64,000 nucleotides of DNA from Acidobacteriota bacterium (GCA_965205505.1 CBDBHB010000008.1:544001-608000); one strand, 5' to 3'; counted from the first letter of the stretch, positions 28,643-39,378 are shown. Numbers and translations are program-made. The notes: a model not told the origin generated them from the letters alone.

Positions 28643-28908
28643 GAAAACAAAGGACTTACGCGGCGGCGCGGGTTCGAGTTGTTGTCTCGTACGGGCTGAT
28701 TGTCCCCATTCTGTCCCTGTCGCGGGCCTCGGGCCTTCCACGGGGTGCGAGCACAGCGAAGCGCCCTCGCGATAGGTGGCTTCCGGAATCCCGTGGTATC
28801 GGGACGTTCTGCACGCGAAGCTGGGGACAAGACGCGGCACCCTCCGTGGACCCTCGCCCGTCCCAGCGATAGGCTTCCGGCGTTCCCCCACATCCCTGTG
28901 GAAGCGCC

Positions 28909-31563
28909 ATGGACCCCGGCACCCGACTCGGCCACTACGAGATCCTCGCCCCGCTCGGCGCAGGCGGGATGGGGCAAGTGTACCGAGCCCGCGACACGAC
29001 GCTGGATCGTGATGTCGCCATCAAGGTGCTGCCGGAGGACTTCGCCAGCGATGCCAACAGGCTGGCTCGATTCGAGCGCGAAGCCAAGCTGCTCGCATCG
29101 CTGAACCACCCGAACATCGCCACCATCCACGGCTTCGATGAATCCGACGGTGTGCGCTTCATCGCCATGGAGTTGGTCGAGGGCCAGAGCCTCGCCGAGC
29201 GCATCGCAGCCTCCGGTCGCATCGAGATCGATGAGGCGTTGGAGATCGCTCGCCGGATCGCTCTGGCGCTCGAAGCTGCCCACGAGGCAGGTGTCATCCA
29301 TCGTGATCTGAAGCCTGCCAACGTGCAGGTCGCAACCGATGGCACGGTCAAGGTGCTCGACTTCGGGTTGGCAAAAGCCTACGAAGTGGACGGCAGCGAT
29401 CCGTCATCGGATCTGAGCCACTCGCCCACCATGATGGCGGCTACCGGCGCCGGCGTGATCATGGGTACGGCCCCCTACATGAGCCCAGAGCAGGCGCGTG
29501 GCACCCCGGTTGATAAACGGAGCGATATCTGGGCTTTTGGTTGTGTGCTGTACGAGATGTTGAGCGGTCACCGTACGTTTGCGGCCGACTCCGTGTCCGA
29601 GACGTTGGCGGAGATGCTGAAGTCCGAGCCGGATTGGAGCAGGCTCCCGGTCGACACGCCCGATGCGATCCGGCGCCTGCTGCGCCGGAGCCTGCGCAAG
29701 GACCCGAGGGTCCGGTTGCCCGACATAGGTGTGGCGAGGCTCGAGATCGATGACGCGGTCGTGGAACCGGCCGGCCCCCAGCCCCCGGCCGGACAACCGC
29801 CTTCGGGTAGCGGTTGGCGACAACGGCTCCCCTGGGCGCTCGCCGCGCTGTTCGCGGTGGCAGCCGGAGTCGGCATATGGACGGGTCTGCAGCCACGCGA
29901 CGCGCCCCCGCCGCAGCGACTCGATATGGCGCTTCCGTTCCCGCAGCAACTCGCGCGGAGCGCGGAGGGGGGCGTGAGTCCCATCGCGCTGTCGCCCGAC
30001 GGGCAGCTGTTCGCCTACGTGGCCGCCCGGCCCGGTGCAACGACCCAACTGTTTCTTCGCGCCATCGATGCGTTCGAGTCGAGGCCGATCGAGGGCAGCC
30101 AGCGCGCACAGGCCCCCTTTTTCTCGCCGGACGGCCGGTCGATCGGTTTCTTCGCCAACGAGGCGCTTTGGAAGGTCTCGCTCCCTGACGGGCAGCCGCT
30201 GAAGATCGCCGACATGACCGTGCTTTTCCCGAGCGCGAGCTGGGGGGTCGACGGCACCATCATCTTTTCGAACTATTCGCTCGGCTTGGCCGAAGTGTCG
30301 GCGGAGGGGGGAGAGCCCGAGCCGCTGACCCATCCGGATCCCGAGCATGGAGAGCTACGCTACTTCGCGCCCCAGATCCTCCCCGGCGGGCGCTCCGTGC
30401 TGTTCACCGTCGCCGACGCCGACAGTTTTTTCGTCGCGGTCCTGTCCCGGGAGTCGAACCAGTGGCATCGGGTACTCGACAATGCCGAGAGTGCGCGGTA
30501 CGTCTCGACCGGTCACCTCGTCTTTGCTCCGTCGGGGGCGTTGCATGCGATTTCGTTTGAGCTCGACGGTCTGGAGACCAGCGGCGCCGCGTTCTCGACG
30601 GCAGAAAGGGTGCCGTCGGCCGTGGGTCTGGGTGCCCAGCGTTTCGCGGTTTCCGATGCCGGCACACTCGCGTACCTGCCGGAAGATGCGGGAGCGACGA
30701 GCACCAGGTTGGTGTGGGTAGACCGGCAGGGTGGTGTGATCCCCATCCTGGACGACCCTGCCCCCTTCCGCTCCCCCCGAGTGTCGCCCGACGGCAAACG
30801 GATTGCCATCATCGCCGGCACCGACATCTGGGTCTACGATGCCGAGCGTGCCACTCCCAGCGTGCTGACCACCGACGGGTACAATCTCTCGCCCTTGTGG
30901 GACGGAGATCGGCTGCTGTTTTCCGCGGTCAGGTCGGGGGCTTATTTCGACATACACTCGGTGCCGGCAAACGGGGGGGCCGAGCCGGAGCTGCTCCTAC
31001 GACGCGAGAGTCGTCAATTCCCGTTCTCGCGGGGTGGGCCCGACATGAGTGTCATCAGCTTCGTCGAGGTCACGCCGGTGGGAGGAGACGTTGGCATGCT
31101 GGAAGGGGGGACGGCGAGCATCGTCCTCGACGGCGCCTACAACGAACACTCTCCGGTGTTCCATCCCGACGGTCGATGGTTCGCGTACGTTTCCGACGAA
31201 TCCGGCGAAGAAGAAGTCTACGTGACGCGATATCCGGAACGCGCCGACCGTGTGCCGGTATCCCGTGGTGGCGGCCGTGAACCGGTGTGGTCGCGCGACG
31301 GTCGTGAACTGTTCTATCGCAACGGGGAGCGGGTAATGGTCGTCGATGTACAGAGCACCGACAACGCCTTCACGGCCGAGTCGCCACAGGAGCTCTTCCA
31401 GGGGAGGTTCTCGCTGCTGGGCGTCGGCACCATCAGCTACGACGTCGCCCCCGACGGCCGGTTCGTCATGCTGCAGCTGCCCGAGGTCACCTCGTCTCGA
31501 ATCAAGGTGGTTCTTCATTGGTTGGAGGAGCTGAAAGAGCTGGTTGCGACGGGAGGGCGGTGA
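28909..31563 (+). CDS. Ser/Thr protein kinase with a TM segment and TolB-like (PD40) beta-propeller
   Basis: GAGGMG, HRDLKPAN, DFG, YMSPEQ; TM segment; repeated SPDG motifs. Confidence 0.95.
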   Translation: MDPGTRLGHYEILAPLGAGGMGQVYRARDTTLDRDVAIKVLPEDFASDANRLARFEREAKLLASLNHPNIATIHGFDESDGVRFIAMELVEGQSLAERIAASGRIEIDEALEIARRIALALEAAHEAGVIHRDLKPANVQVATDGTVKVLDFGLAKAYEVDGSDPSSDLSHSPTMMAATGAGVIMGTAPYMSPEQARGTPVDKRSDIWAFGCVLYEMLSGHRTFAADSVSETLAEMLKSEPDWSRLPVDTPDAIRRLLRRSLRKDPRVRLPDIGVARLEIDDAVVEPAGPQPPAGQPPSGSGWRQRLPWALAALFAVAAGVGIWTGLQPRDAPPPQRLDMALPFPQQLARSAEGGVSPIALSPDGQLFAYVAARPGATTQLFLRAIDAFESRPIEGSQRAQAPFFSPDGRSIGFFANEALWKVSLPDGQPLKIADMTVLFPSASWGVDGTIIFSNYSLGLAEVSAEGGEPEPLTHPDPEHGELRYFAPQILPGGRSVLFTVADADSFFVAVLSRESNQWHRVLDNAESARYVSTGHLVFAPSGALHAISFELDGLETSGAAFSTAERVPSAVGLGAQRFAVSDAGTLAYLPEDAGATSTRLVWVDRQGGVIPILDDPAPFRSPRVSPDGKRIAIIAGTDIWVYDAERATPSVLTTDGYNLSPLWDGDRLLFSAVRSGAYFDIHSVPANGGAEPELLLRRESRQFPFSRGGPDMSVISFVEVTPVGGDVGMLEGGTASIVLDGAYNEHSPVFHPDGRWFAYVSDESGEEEVYVTRYPERADRVPVSRGGGREPVWSRDGRELFYRNGERVMVVDVQSTDNAFTAESPQELFQGRFSLLGVGTISYDVAPDGRFVMLQLPEVTSSRIKVVLHWLEELKELVATGGR

Positions 31564-31582
31564 CCCTCGGGCTGTGGTGGAG

Positions 31583-32581
31583 TTACCTCACTTTGGTGGA
31601 CACCTGAACGCTTGGAGTTTGGGTACTCGTAGTAGTAGTGAAGTGGGAACTCGTGGGAGCCGCACAGCGGCTTCCAAGGGGCTGTGCGGATCGCGCAGCG
31701 ATCTGCATGGCCACGTCAGTTTCCACGTCCGTGGCCGGATCTTCTCCATGCCTCCTTTCGTACTGGATCGGGGAGATCCTGCCGAGAGCCGAGTGGCGCC
31801 GGCGGGGATTGTAGAAGCCCTCGATGAACTCGAAGATTGCCATCCGCGCCTCCGCGTGGCTGCGGAAGGTGCTGCGCCACAGCAGCTCCGTCTCGAGCGT
31901 CGCGAAGAAGCTCTCGGCCATGGCGTTGTCGTAAGCATCGCCGACTGAGCCGGTCGAGGGGCGCACGCCGAGCTGTTTGCATCGCTTGCCGAACTGGATG
32001 GATGTGTACTGTGTCCCCTGGTCGCTATGGTGGATCACCTGCCCCGGCCGCCTCTGCCAGATCGCCATGTTCAGCGCTTCCAGTACAAGCTCCGTGCGCA
32101 GGTGGTTGGCCATCGACCAACCGACCACGCGGCGAGAGTAGGCATCCAGAACGATGGCCAGGTACAGGAACCCCGACCAGGTCGAGACATACGTGATATC
32201 CGAGACCCACAGCTGGTTGGCAGCCTCCACTCGGAAGTTCCGCTTCACCAGATCAGGCACCACTTGTGCGCTGTTGCCACGACTCGTCGTTCGACAGCGG
32301 CGCCGGCGGCTCACGCCTTCCAGCCGCGCCTGCTTCATCAGCCGTGCCACACGGCGGCGACTGATCCGAACTCCGTCCTCGGCCAGCTCCGCGTGCACAC
32401 GCGGGGTACCGTACGTGCCACGGCTCTCAGCGTGGATCGTCTCGATCCGGGCACGGAGGCGCGCATCTTGGCGCACCCGAGAACTCGTCGGCCGTTGGCG
32501 CCACGCATAGTACCCGCTGGTGGAGATCTCCAGCACGCGGCACATCGTGGCGACCGGGTAGTGGGCCTGGTACTCGCTCAC
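31583..32581 (-). CDS. IS3 transposase OrfB
   Basis: WVSDITY, HHSDQG, DNAMAESFF, YNPRRRHSALG. Confidence 0.95.
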   Translation of the reverse strand: MSEYQAHYPVATMCRVLEISTSGYYAWRQRPTSSRVRQDARLRARIETIHAESRGTYGTPRVHAELAEDGVRISRRRVARLMKQARLEGVSRRRRCRTTSRGNSAQVVPDLVKRNFRVEAANQLWVSDITYVSTWSGFLYLAIVLDAYSRRVVGWSMANHLRTELVLEALNMAIWQRRPGQVIHHSDQGTQYTSIQFGKRCKQLGVRPSTGSVGDAYDNAMAESFFATLETELLWRSTFRSHAEARMAIFEFIEGFYNPRRRHSALGRISPIQYERRHGEDPATDVETDVAMQIAARSAQPLGSRCAAPTSSHFTTTTSTQTPSVQVSTKVR

Positions 32582-32889
32582 GAACTCGAACGCTTCTTGG
32601 GCACCGAGTCGGTCTCCTGTGCGAACCAGGCCGCGGCTTTTGCCAGGATCTCCCGTTCTGTTTTGAGCTGACGGTTCTCTCGGCGCAGACGCCGCAGTTC
32701 CTCGCGCTCCTTCGTGCTCAGACCCTCAGCCGTGCGCCCGTCATCTCGGTCCGCCTGCTTGATCCACTGATGGATCGTCCAGTACGACGGCTCGAACTCC
32801 TGGGCCAGCTCGTACGCGCTTCGGCCGGCTCTCGCCAGCTCGATGATCTGCTGCCGGTACTCCGGCGGATACGGTCTCGTTCTTGCCAT
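32578..32889 (-). CDS. IS3 transposase OrfA
   Basis: YPPEYRQQII HTH; LRRENRQLKTEREILAKA zipper; GTGA overlap with orfB. Confidence 0.93.
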   Translation of the reverse strand: MARTRPYPPEYRQQIIELARAGRSAYELAQEFEPSYWTIHQWIKQADRDDGRTAEGLSTKEREELRRLRRENRQLKTEREILAKAAAWFAQETDSVPKKRSSS

Positions 32890-32974
32890 GGTGGATTTCC
32901 TCCACCCCAAGCTCTAGACCGTCCACGGAACCGAGGCAACTCCAGTGGTCGTTCCTCACCACCCACGTGGCCGA

Positions 32975-33037
32975 CTAATCAACGTGGTCACCAACTGGTT
33001 CGACGAGCTAAAGCGGCTCGTGCCGACGGACCCGTAG
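32975..33037 (+). repeat. Orphan kinase C-terminal tail 2 (LINVVTNWFDELKRLVPTDP*)
   Basis: Direct translation; ~45 bp behind the intact kinase stop once IS3 is removed. Confidence 0.85.
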
Positions 33038-33146
33038 CTCTTCGCGGGTGCCAGGTGGCGCGAAGAGCTATCTACGAAGTGAGGCGAGATTCTCCAAGGC
33101 ACTCCCGTGAGAAGCGGTGGTAGGGACGGGGCACCCAACCAGACGG

Positions 33147-33629
33147 ATGGAGGTAGCACTGCGCATCGTTTCGAGAACGCCTTCGGAGCTCGTCCTAGTG
33201 CACAGACCGCTTGTCGTCCCGTTGGTGGCAGCAGCGATGGTCGTTGGTGTTGCTATCGAGACGGCGGGATCCGGGCGATCTCTCTCGCTCGGTGAATGGA
33301 TCGCCGCTGGGATGGGGATGCTCGTCGGATCCTTCATCTCGTATCTTTCTGCATTGCGCACTCGGGTCGTTTTCGACGCTCCCCGTGGCCGTGTGCACTG
33401 GCAACACTTCGGCTGGCCTGGTCGTGCTCGCGGGGGCTGCTCGCTAAGTGAAGTGACGGGGGTTGAAGTGCTCGGCGATCAATCTGGAGCTTCCCGACTA
33501 GCGCTTTCAACCACCGGGGGAGTTGTCCCTCTTACCCGTCACTTCACCGGCTTCGAACGCCACGCCGAGAACGCCGCAGCTGTTCGAGAGTGGCTTTCGA
33601 ATTGCCGCCCAGACACGCCTGTCGTCTGA
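33147..33629 (+). CDS. Hypothetical membrane protein (2 TM plus beta domain)
   Basis: Two hydrophobic segments; plausible ORF. Confidence 0.65.
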   Translation: MEVALRIVSRTPSELVLVHRPLVVPLVAAAMVVGVAIETAGSGRSLSLGEWIAAGMGMLVGSFISYLSALRTRVVFDAPRGRVHWQHFGWPGRARGGCSLSEVTGVEVLGDQSGASRLALSTTGGVVPLTRHFTGFERHAENAAAVREWLSNCRPDTPVV

Positions 33630-33653
33630 CTTCAGGTTCGAACTGCCGCGTGG

Positions 33654-33781
33654 GTACTGTCAAGTTAAGCCGATTCTTGCCCGCTTAGGCGCCTCACCCA
33701 GACCGCAAAGGCCCGAATACCAGGGGTTCCTGTCCTACGGGTCACGCGTTTCTTGCCGATTTCGACTTAACTTGACAGTAT
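33654..33781. mobile_element. MITE copy 1 (~130 bp, IS701-like ends)
   Basis: 15-bp IR TACTGTCAAGTTAAG / CTTAACTTGACAGTA; near-identical copy at 62231. Confidence 0.88.
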
Positions 33782-33784
33782 CCC

Positions 33785-34690
33785 TACCAGGTGTTCGTTC
33801 CCGAGCGCCGCACTCAGGCGGTGCAGGAGATGCGTCGGCTACGGCGGCAGTACGGCGGCGAGCGGCTGCGGTTTCGTACGGTGAAGCTGTTCATGGACGG
33901 CATTCTCTCGAACCACTCTGGCGCCTTGCTCGAGCCCTACACTGATGATCCGAGCTTCGCCAGCGACACCATGTTATCGATGGCCGAGCTGCGCGACTTC
34001 CTGCTCGAGCTGCACGAGGCGCAGCTCGACCTGCACTTGCATACCATCGGCGACCGCGCCGTTCGCACCGCGCTCGACGCTGTGGAGGCGGCGAGGGCGG
34101 CAGTCTCGGGCGAGCTGTACCCGCGTGTCACGCTGTCGCACGTCCAGGTCATCGATCCTGTCGACATACCGCGCTTCGCGCCGCTCGACGTCTCCGCCAA
34201 CCTCACGGCCTGGTGGTTCGCCGTCGGCGCTGCCTACCCCGAAGAGACAGAGATGCTGGCGCTGGGCCCGGAGCGAGCGATGCGTATCTACATCGCCAAG
34301 TCGCTAGTCGACGCCGGTGGCCGCGTGACCTTCTCGAGCGACGACTGGCGGCTGTCAGTCATCAGCCCGTATCTAAACATGCACGGTGCCCATACGCGGG
34401 AGGCGCCCCGGGGCGAGGGCGCGAGCCCTCGACCGCCGGCGACCGAGCGTATGGATCTGCGCTCGATCGTGCGCGGTTTCACCGTCGATGGCGCCTATCC
34501 GTTTCGCATGGAGGACCGCATTGGCTCCCTCGAGGTCGGCAAGCTCGCCGACCTCGTGGTGCTCGACGAGGACCTCTTCATGCTCGATCCCGCGGACATC
34601 CCCGAGGTGCAGCCCACGGCGGTGATGATGGAAGGCGTGCTAGTGCACGGCGAGCTACCGGTTGCGTCGCCGCCGGCCATAGAGCAGTAG
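33785..34690 (+). pseudogene. Amidohydrolase-3 family, C-terminal half only
   Basis: Paralog of 60238..62175 from YQVFVPERR onward; begins right at the MITE end. Confidence 0.88.
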
Positions 34691-34767
34691 CCAGAAGATC
34701 CAGGGAAGCCGACTGCAGCAACGCACGGGAAGCTCCGTAGCCTACGCGGGCGAAGTCCAGCTCCGAA

Positions 34768-34820
34768 GTGGAGGCGGCGGGAATTGAACCCTCACGAGCG
34801 TAAGCGCACCGGATCTTGAG
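34768..34820 (-). repeat. Chimeric att: tRNA-Leu anticodon/variable arm fused to a tmRNA-like 3' end
   Basis: Minus strand CTCAAGATCCGGTGCGCTTACGCTCGTGA-GGGTTC-AATTCCCGCCGCCTCCAC. Confidence 0.8.
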
Positions 34821-34842
34821 TTCTTTGCAACCCCCTAACCGA

Positions 34843-35508
34843 CTAGCCGCTCTCTTGTTGATCCGATGCGATCAAGCTCATCGCGAGATCGCCGTTCGCG
34901 TCCGCCCGCACCTGCACCTCGCGCTGGAGGATGCGGTCACCCGCAACTCCCCATGCTGTTAGCAGGTACGACCCCTTCGGGATGTCCTCGACGCGAAAGC
35001 TCCCCCGATCATTGGCGATCGCCGCATACGGGTGCGAGACCACGAGGATGAGCGCCATCATCCCCGGGTGCATGTCGCAGCGGACGCTATAGGGGCCCGT
35101 CTGCTCGAACCGGTGCTCGACCTCGTCGTCGTGCCTCAGGTCGGCGTTGATGACCACGGCCTGTGTCTGCGCTTGCGTCACGCGCACGTTGTGCTCGGTG
35201 TCGTCGCCGTTGCCGAACCGCACCTGTTGACCTCTCGCGGCGATCGCCATCCGCGGATAGAAGGTGCGAGCGAACTGCTCGATCACGATCGCCGTTGCCG
35301 GCGCCTCGCGTTCCGGTGCAACCGACGCTGCCTCTGCGAGGGGCTCCAGCGACACGACCGCCGGGCCGAGCCCATCGGGGAGCGTCGCGAGCAGCGTTGC
35401 CGCCGCCGCGTCGGGTGCAGCCGACCTGTCGGGCTCGGGACCGGCCGACGGCGAGCCGTCGGGAGCACACGACACCAGCACGAGCGTGATGACCGTCGAC
35501 CACACCAT
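34843..35508 (-). CDS. Lipoprotein with cupredoxin-like and carboxypeptidase-regulatory-like domains
   Basis: LVSC lipobox, F.NGDDTEHNV, CDMHPGM, GSFRVEDIPKGSY. Confidence 0.75.
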   Translation of the reverse strand: MVWSTVITLVLVSCAPDGSPSAGPEPDRSAAPDAAAATLLATLPDGLGPAVVSLEPLAEAASVAPEREAPATAIVIEQFARTFYPRMAIAARGQQVRFGNGDDTEHNVRVTQAQTQAVVINADLRHDDEVEHRFEQTGPYSVRCDMHPGMMALILVVSHPYAAIANDRGSFRVEDIPKGSYLLTAWGVAGDRILQREVQVRADANGDLAMSLIASDQQESG

Positions 35509-35847
35509 CGGTCGCCGTTCCCGCGGAGCATGTCGCGAGTTCATGCCGCGAAGTTTAACGAACTGTCGGTCTTCCAGTGAGCGGGCACGGCGTACGCGTT
35601 GGATACGCGGCGGCATGGGTAGGTGGTTCGCTTGGTCGGTTCTAACGTGGCAAGAATTTGGCAGGGTCGGGACTGAGGCCGGCTGCGTTGCGCTCTGCCG
35701 GCCTCAACAGCCTGTTGTCAGCACCGAGGTACTGAGATAGAAGGTGGTGCTAGCGCCGTGGGGTCTGGATCATCGCTATCTGGCCTCCGCTCTGGGGAAG
35801 AACTGTAAATCACCCCAGCGAGTGTGATCTCGACTGAAGGAGTACCG

Positions 35848-38589
35848 ATGAAGAAATGGACGATCCTCACCGTGTCTCTCTTGTGGCTGGCGTCGAGCGC
35901 CAGTTCTTTCGCTAAGCAGTCGAACGTGCCGACCCCGGAGTCGGTGCTCGGGCATCAGATAGGCGCCGATTTCCAGTTAGCCTCCTACGAAGAATCGCTC
36001 GACTATTTCCGGCAGCTCGACGCCGCCAGCGACCGACTCCAACTCGTAGAGATTGGGCGAACTTCCTTCAACCGTCCATGGTATGTCGCGCTCGTCTCCT
36101 CACCCGAAAACCTGGCCAACCTCGAGCGCTACCGGGAGATCTCTCAACAGCTTGCTCATCCGCTGGGACTGACCGATGAAGAGGCACGGCAGCTCGCGCG
36201 GGAGGGCAAGGCCATCGTTCATATCGACGGCGGCCTCCACGCGAGTGAAGTTGCCCCCGCGCAACACACCATGGAGCTCGCGTATGACCTAGTGGCGGGG
36301 GTCGACGATCCTGAGATTCAGGCCATCCACGAGAACCTCATCGTGATGCTTTGGCCGTCCATCAATCCGGATGGCCAAACTCTCATTGCCGATTGGTATG
36401 AGCCCAACGTGGGCACCCCTTACGAGACCTCGTCGATGCCGTGGCTCTACCAGAAGTACGTCGGCCATGACAACAACCGTGACGCGTACACGCTCAATAT
36501 GATCGAATCGCGGGTCATCGAACGGACCTGGCGCTACTGGGAGCCGCAGATCCGCTACGTCCCGCATCAGTCGCCGCCCTTTCCGACGCGGATCTTTTTG
36601 CCGCCCTATGCGGATCCGGTCGCGAATCGAGTCCATCCGCTGATGTCGAGGACCGTCAACACCTTGGGCATGCTCAATGCGCAGGCCTTGGAGGAGCGTG
36701 GCCAGGTTGGCGCCGCCCATATGGAGACCTTCGACGTCTGGTACCCGGGGTACGTGGATCACTTGCCCAACCTGCAGAACGCCGTCGCCTTCTTTACCGA
36801 GACGGCGCTCTTCGAGTACGCTACGCTGCGTTTCTATACTCTCAGAGACATCCCCGACAATCGGCAGGATCTGCGCCCCGAATCGCTCTACTCGAGCCCC
36901 TGGCCGGGTGGCTGGTGGCGTCTGCGGGATGCGGTCGAGTACATACTCACCTCCTCGCATGCGACCCTGGGCTTCGCCGCGAAGTACAAAGAGCGTGTGC
37001 TGTACAACCGGTATCAGGCGGGCCGCGACACCATACGCAGGTACACGAGCGATCCACCGTACGCGTATTTGATAGGCCAGCAGCAGAGGGACCCCGTCGC
37101 ACCCGTCGAGCTGCTCCGGCGCTTGGCATTCAACGGCATCCGGGTTCATCAACTCCAATCATCGGTGAGCATCGAAGGAAACACGTACCCGCCAGGGACC
37201 TGGGTGATCCCCATGAATCAGGAGTTCGCCGAGCTAGCCCGCAATGTTCTGGAGGTACAGAGCTACCCTGACCTCCGAGTCTCCGAGGAGGCACCTCCGC
37301 TGCAACCCTACGATGTAGCGGGTTGGACCCTCGCGTATCAGTTCGACGTTGAGGTGATCGAAGTGACGACACCGTTGTCCGACGATATCCGCGCGGCGAT
37401 GAATCCGGTAGAAGGAGAGGTCGCCGATTGGCGGCCGCTCTTTCAGCAGAGCGTCGATCCGGCGAGCCGCGACATCGATTCGGCGCCGTTCGACAGCGTC
37501 CCGGGTTTGGGATTCGATACCGATCCGGTGGCGGCGGGCATCGTGCCTCCGGCCGGTGAAGTGACCTCCTCGGGAGTTGCTCTGGCATTGAGCCCCGCTC
37601 AAAACAATAGCTTTCGCGCCGTCAATCGAGCCTGGCGCGAGGGCGGAGCAGTACGATTTCGCGAAGGGCGTTACGTGGTCACGGGACTCAGCGACCAGGT
37701 GGCTGGCGAGCTGCATCTGCAAGCGGAGCGCACCGGTGCCTCCGGTACAGCCGTTCCGCAACCACGCATCGGACTCTACCGGCCCTGGCGTCCGAGCCTG
37801 GACGAGGGATGGACGCGATGGCTGCTCGAGCAATACGATTTCGAGTTCACAAGTTTGCGGAATGCCGACTTCCATGCCCGACCGTTGGGCGATCGTTTCG
37901 ACGTCATCTTCTTCACCGATGAAGACGCGAGGACGATCCTTCAGGGGTTCCAACAAGGATCGGTTCCGCCTCGATACGCGGGCGGCATCGGCCCCCAGGG
38001 CGTGCGCGCGCTGAGCGAGTTCGTACAGGCGGGGGGAACGTTGGTTTACTTGAACCGGAGCAGTATTTTCGCAATCCAGGAGCTGAACCTACCGGTCCAG
38101 AATGTGGTAGCGGATCTCGACAGGCAGGACTTTTACGTGGGAGGGTCGTTATTGGAAGTCGCCGTCGATCCCGTCCATCCCGTGATGGCCGGGATGCCTG
38201 CGAAGGCCAATGTCTTCGTGGGGCGGAGCCCCGTGTTTACAACCACAGAGGGCTTCGAGGGGGCTGCCCTGGCAAAGTACCAAGAGGCCGGCTCACCGCT
38301 TCTTTCCGGCTACCTCTTGGGCGAGGAGCACGTCAACGGATACGCCGCGGCGCTGGACGTCCGCCACGGCGACGGCCACGTCATCTTGATCGGTTTCCGT
38401 CCGCAGTGGCGTGGTCAGGCGTTCGGCACGTTTCGGGTGCTTTTCAACGCCGCCCTATTCCACGGGGAGAATGCCGTCAATGCCGAGGGCAACACGGACT
38501 TCTGGAGCCCACCGCCCGAGCCCGAAGCGACGCAAGAAGCCGAGTCTACGCAGACGTCCCGATTACCGGCAATCCCATCGTCGCGGTAG
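35848..38589 (+). CDS. Secreted M14 zinc carboxypeptidase family protein
   Basis: Signal peptide; GLHASE, SINPDG, GHDNNRD, PYDVAGWTL. Confidence 0.9.
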   Translation: MKKWTILTVSLLWLASSASSFAKQSNVPTPESVLGHQIGADFQLASYEESLDYFRQLDAASDRLQLVEIGRTSFNRPWYVALVSSPENLANLERYREISQQLAHPLGLTDEEARQLAREGKAIVHIDGGLHASEVAPAQHTMELAYDLVAGVDDPEIQAIHENLIVMLWPSINPDGQTLIADWYEPNVGTPYETSSMPWLYQKYVGHDNNRDAYTLNMIESRVIERTWRYWEPQIRYVPHQSPPFPTRIFLPPYADPVANRVHPLMSRTVNTLGMLNAQALEERGQVGAAHMETFDVWYPGYVDHLPNLQNAVAFFTETALFEYATLRFYTLRDIPDNRQDLRPESLYSSPWPGGWWRLRDAVEYILTSSHATLGFAAKYKERVLYNRYQAGRDTIRRYTSDPPYAYLIGQQQRDPVAPVELLRRLAFNGIRVHQLQSSVSIEGNTYPPGTWVIPMNQEFAELARNVLEVQSYPDLRVSEEAPPLQPYDVAGWTLAYQFDVEVIEVTTPLSDDIRAAMNPVEGEVADWRPLFQQSVDPASRDIDSAPFDSVPGLGFDTDPVAAGIVPPAGEVTSSGVALALSPAQNNSFRAVNRAWREGGAVRFREGRYVVTGLSDQVAGELHLQAERTGASGTAVPQPRIGLYRPWRPSLDEGWTRWLLEQYDFEFTSLRNADFHARPLGDRFDVIFFTDEDARTILQGFQQGSVPPRYAGGIGPQGVRALSEFVQAGGTLVYLNRSSIFAIQELNLPVQNVVADLDRQDFYVGGSLLEVAVDPVHPVMAGMPAKANVFVGRSPVFTTTEGFEGAALAKYQEAGSPLLSGYLLGEEHVNGYAAALDVRHGDGHVILIGFRPQWRGQAFGTFRVLFNAALFHGENAVNAEGNTDFWSPPPEPEATQEAESTQTSRLPAIPSSR

Positions 38590-38709
38590 GAGATCTCGCG
38601 TCCAAGACCACCCAGACGACCATCTGACCTGCCCCAAGTGCTTGGGCCATGACGTCTCGTCTCGACGTAACCGTTTGCGTGTGAAGCGTATCCATCGGTC
38701 GCCAAGGTC

Positions 38710-39213
38710 ATGAGAATGCCCGATTCGTACGACATCCGACCAGTCGGCACAGAGGACCACTCCGATTGGCTGACGCTGTGGCAGCATTACCTCGTCTTTT
38801 ACCAGGCGTCACTACCTGAGGTCACGACGACACGGCTGTGGCAGCGATTGCTGGATCCGGTACACCCATTTCGTTGCTTCGTCGCCGTGGATACGAATAC
38901 TCAGCGCCTGGTCGGCATCGTGCACTTCTTCGCACATCCTGATACCTGGGAGTCTAAGCCCGTCTGTTACCTGCAAGACCTGTACGTCGATGAACCGGCG
39001 CGGGGCCGCGGCGTGGGCGCCGCGCTTATCGAAGCCGTTCTCGACGAATCGGAGCGTTGCGGTTGGGCGGTCGTATACTGGCACACCATGCACGACAACA
39101 CGCGGGCGCGCGGCCTCTACGACAAGCTCACCGGCGGGACGGATGGCTTCGTCACCTATCGGCTGAGCCGAACTCCGCGCCCCGCGGCCACGTCATCGGA
39201 CCAACTCGGCTAG
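38710..39213 (+). CDS. GNAT-family N-acetyltransferase
   Basis: YLQDLYVDEPARGRGVGAALI, NTRARGLYDK. Confidence 0.92.
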   Translation: MRMPDSYDIRPVGTEDHSDWLTLWQHYLVFYQASLPEVTTTRLWQRLLDPVHPFRCFVAVDTNTQRLVGIVHFFAHPDTWESKPVCYLQDLYVDEPARGRGVGAALIEAVLDESERCGWAVVYWHTMHDNTRARGLYDKLTGGTDGFVTYRLSRTPRPAATSSDQLG

Positions 39214-39378
39214 CAGGCCGTGGTGAAAGTGTGGTGGGTCTGGCGACAGGGTGTTGCGAAGTGGAGGCAAGGAGAGAGGAGGAGGCGATGGATACCCCAG
39301 CACCCTGCTAGATCTCGCAGCTGCTTGGCACAGAGATCACCCGCAGGCCGGACAACCGAGAACCCAGGAAGGTCGCGA

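Larger units (their letters stand above)
31578..32944 (-). mobile_element. Intact IS3-family insertion sequence
   Basis: TGGAGTT...AACTCCA imperfect IRs; 4-bp target duplication GTGG (31574-31577 and 32945-32948). Confidence 0.95.
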
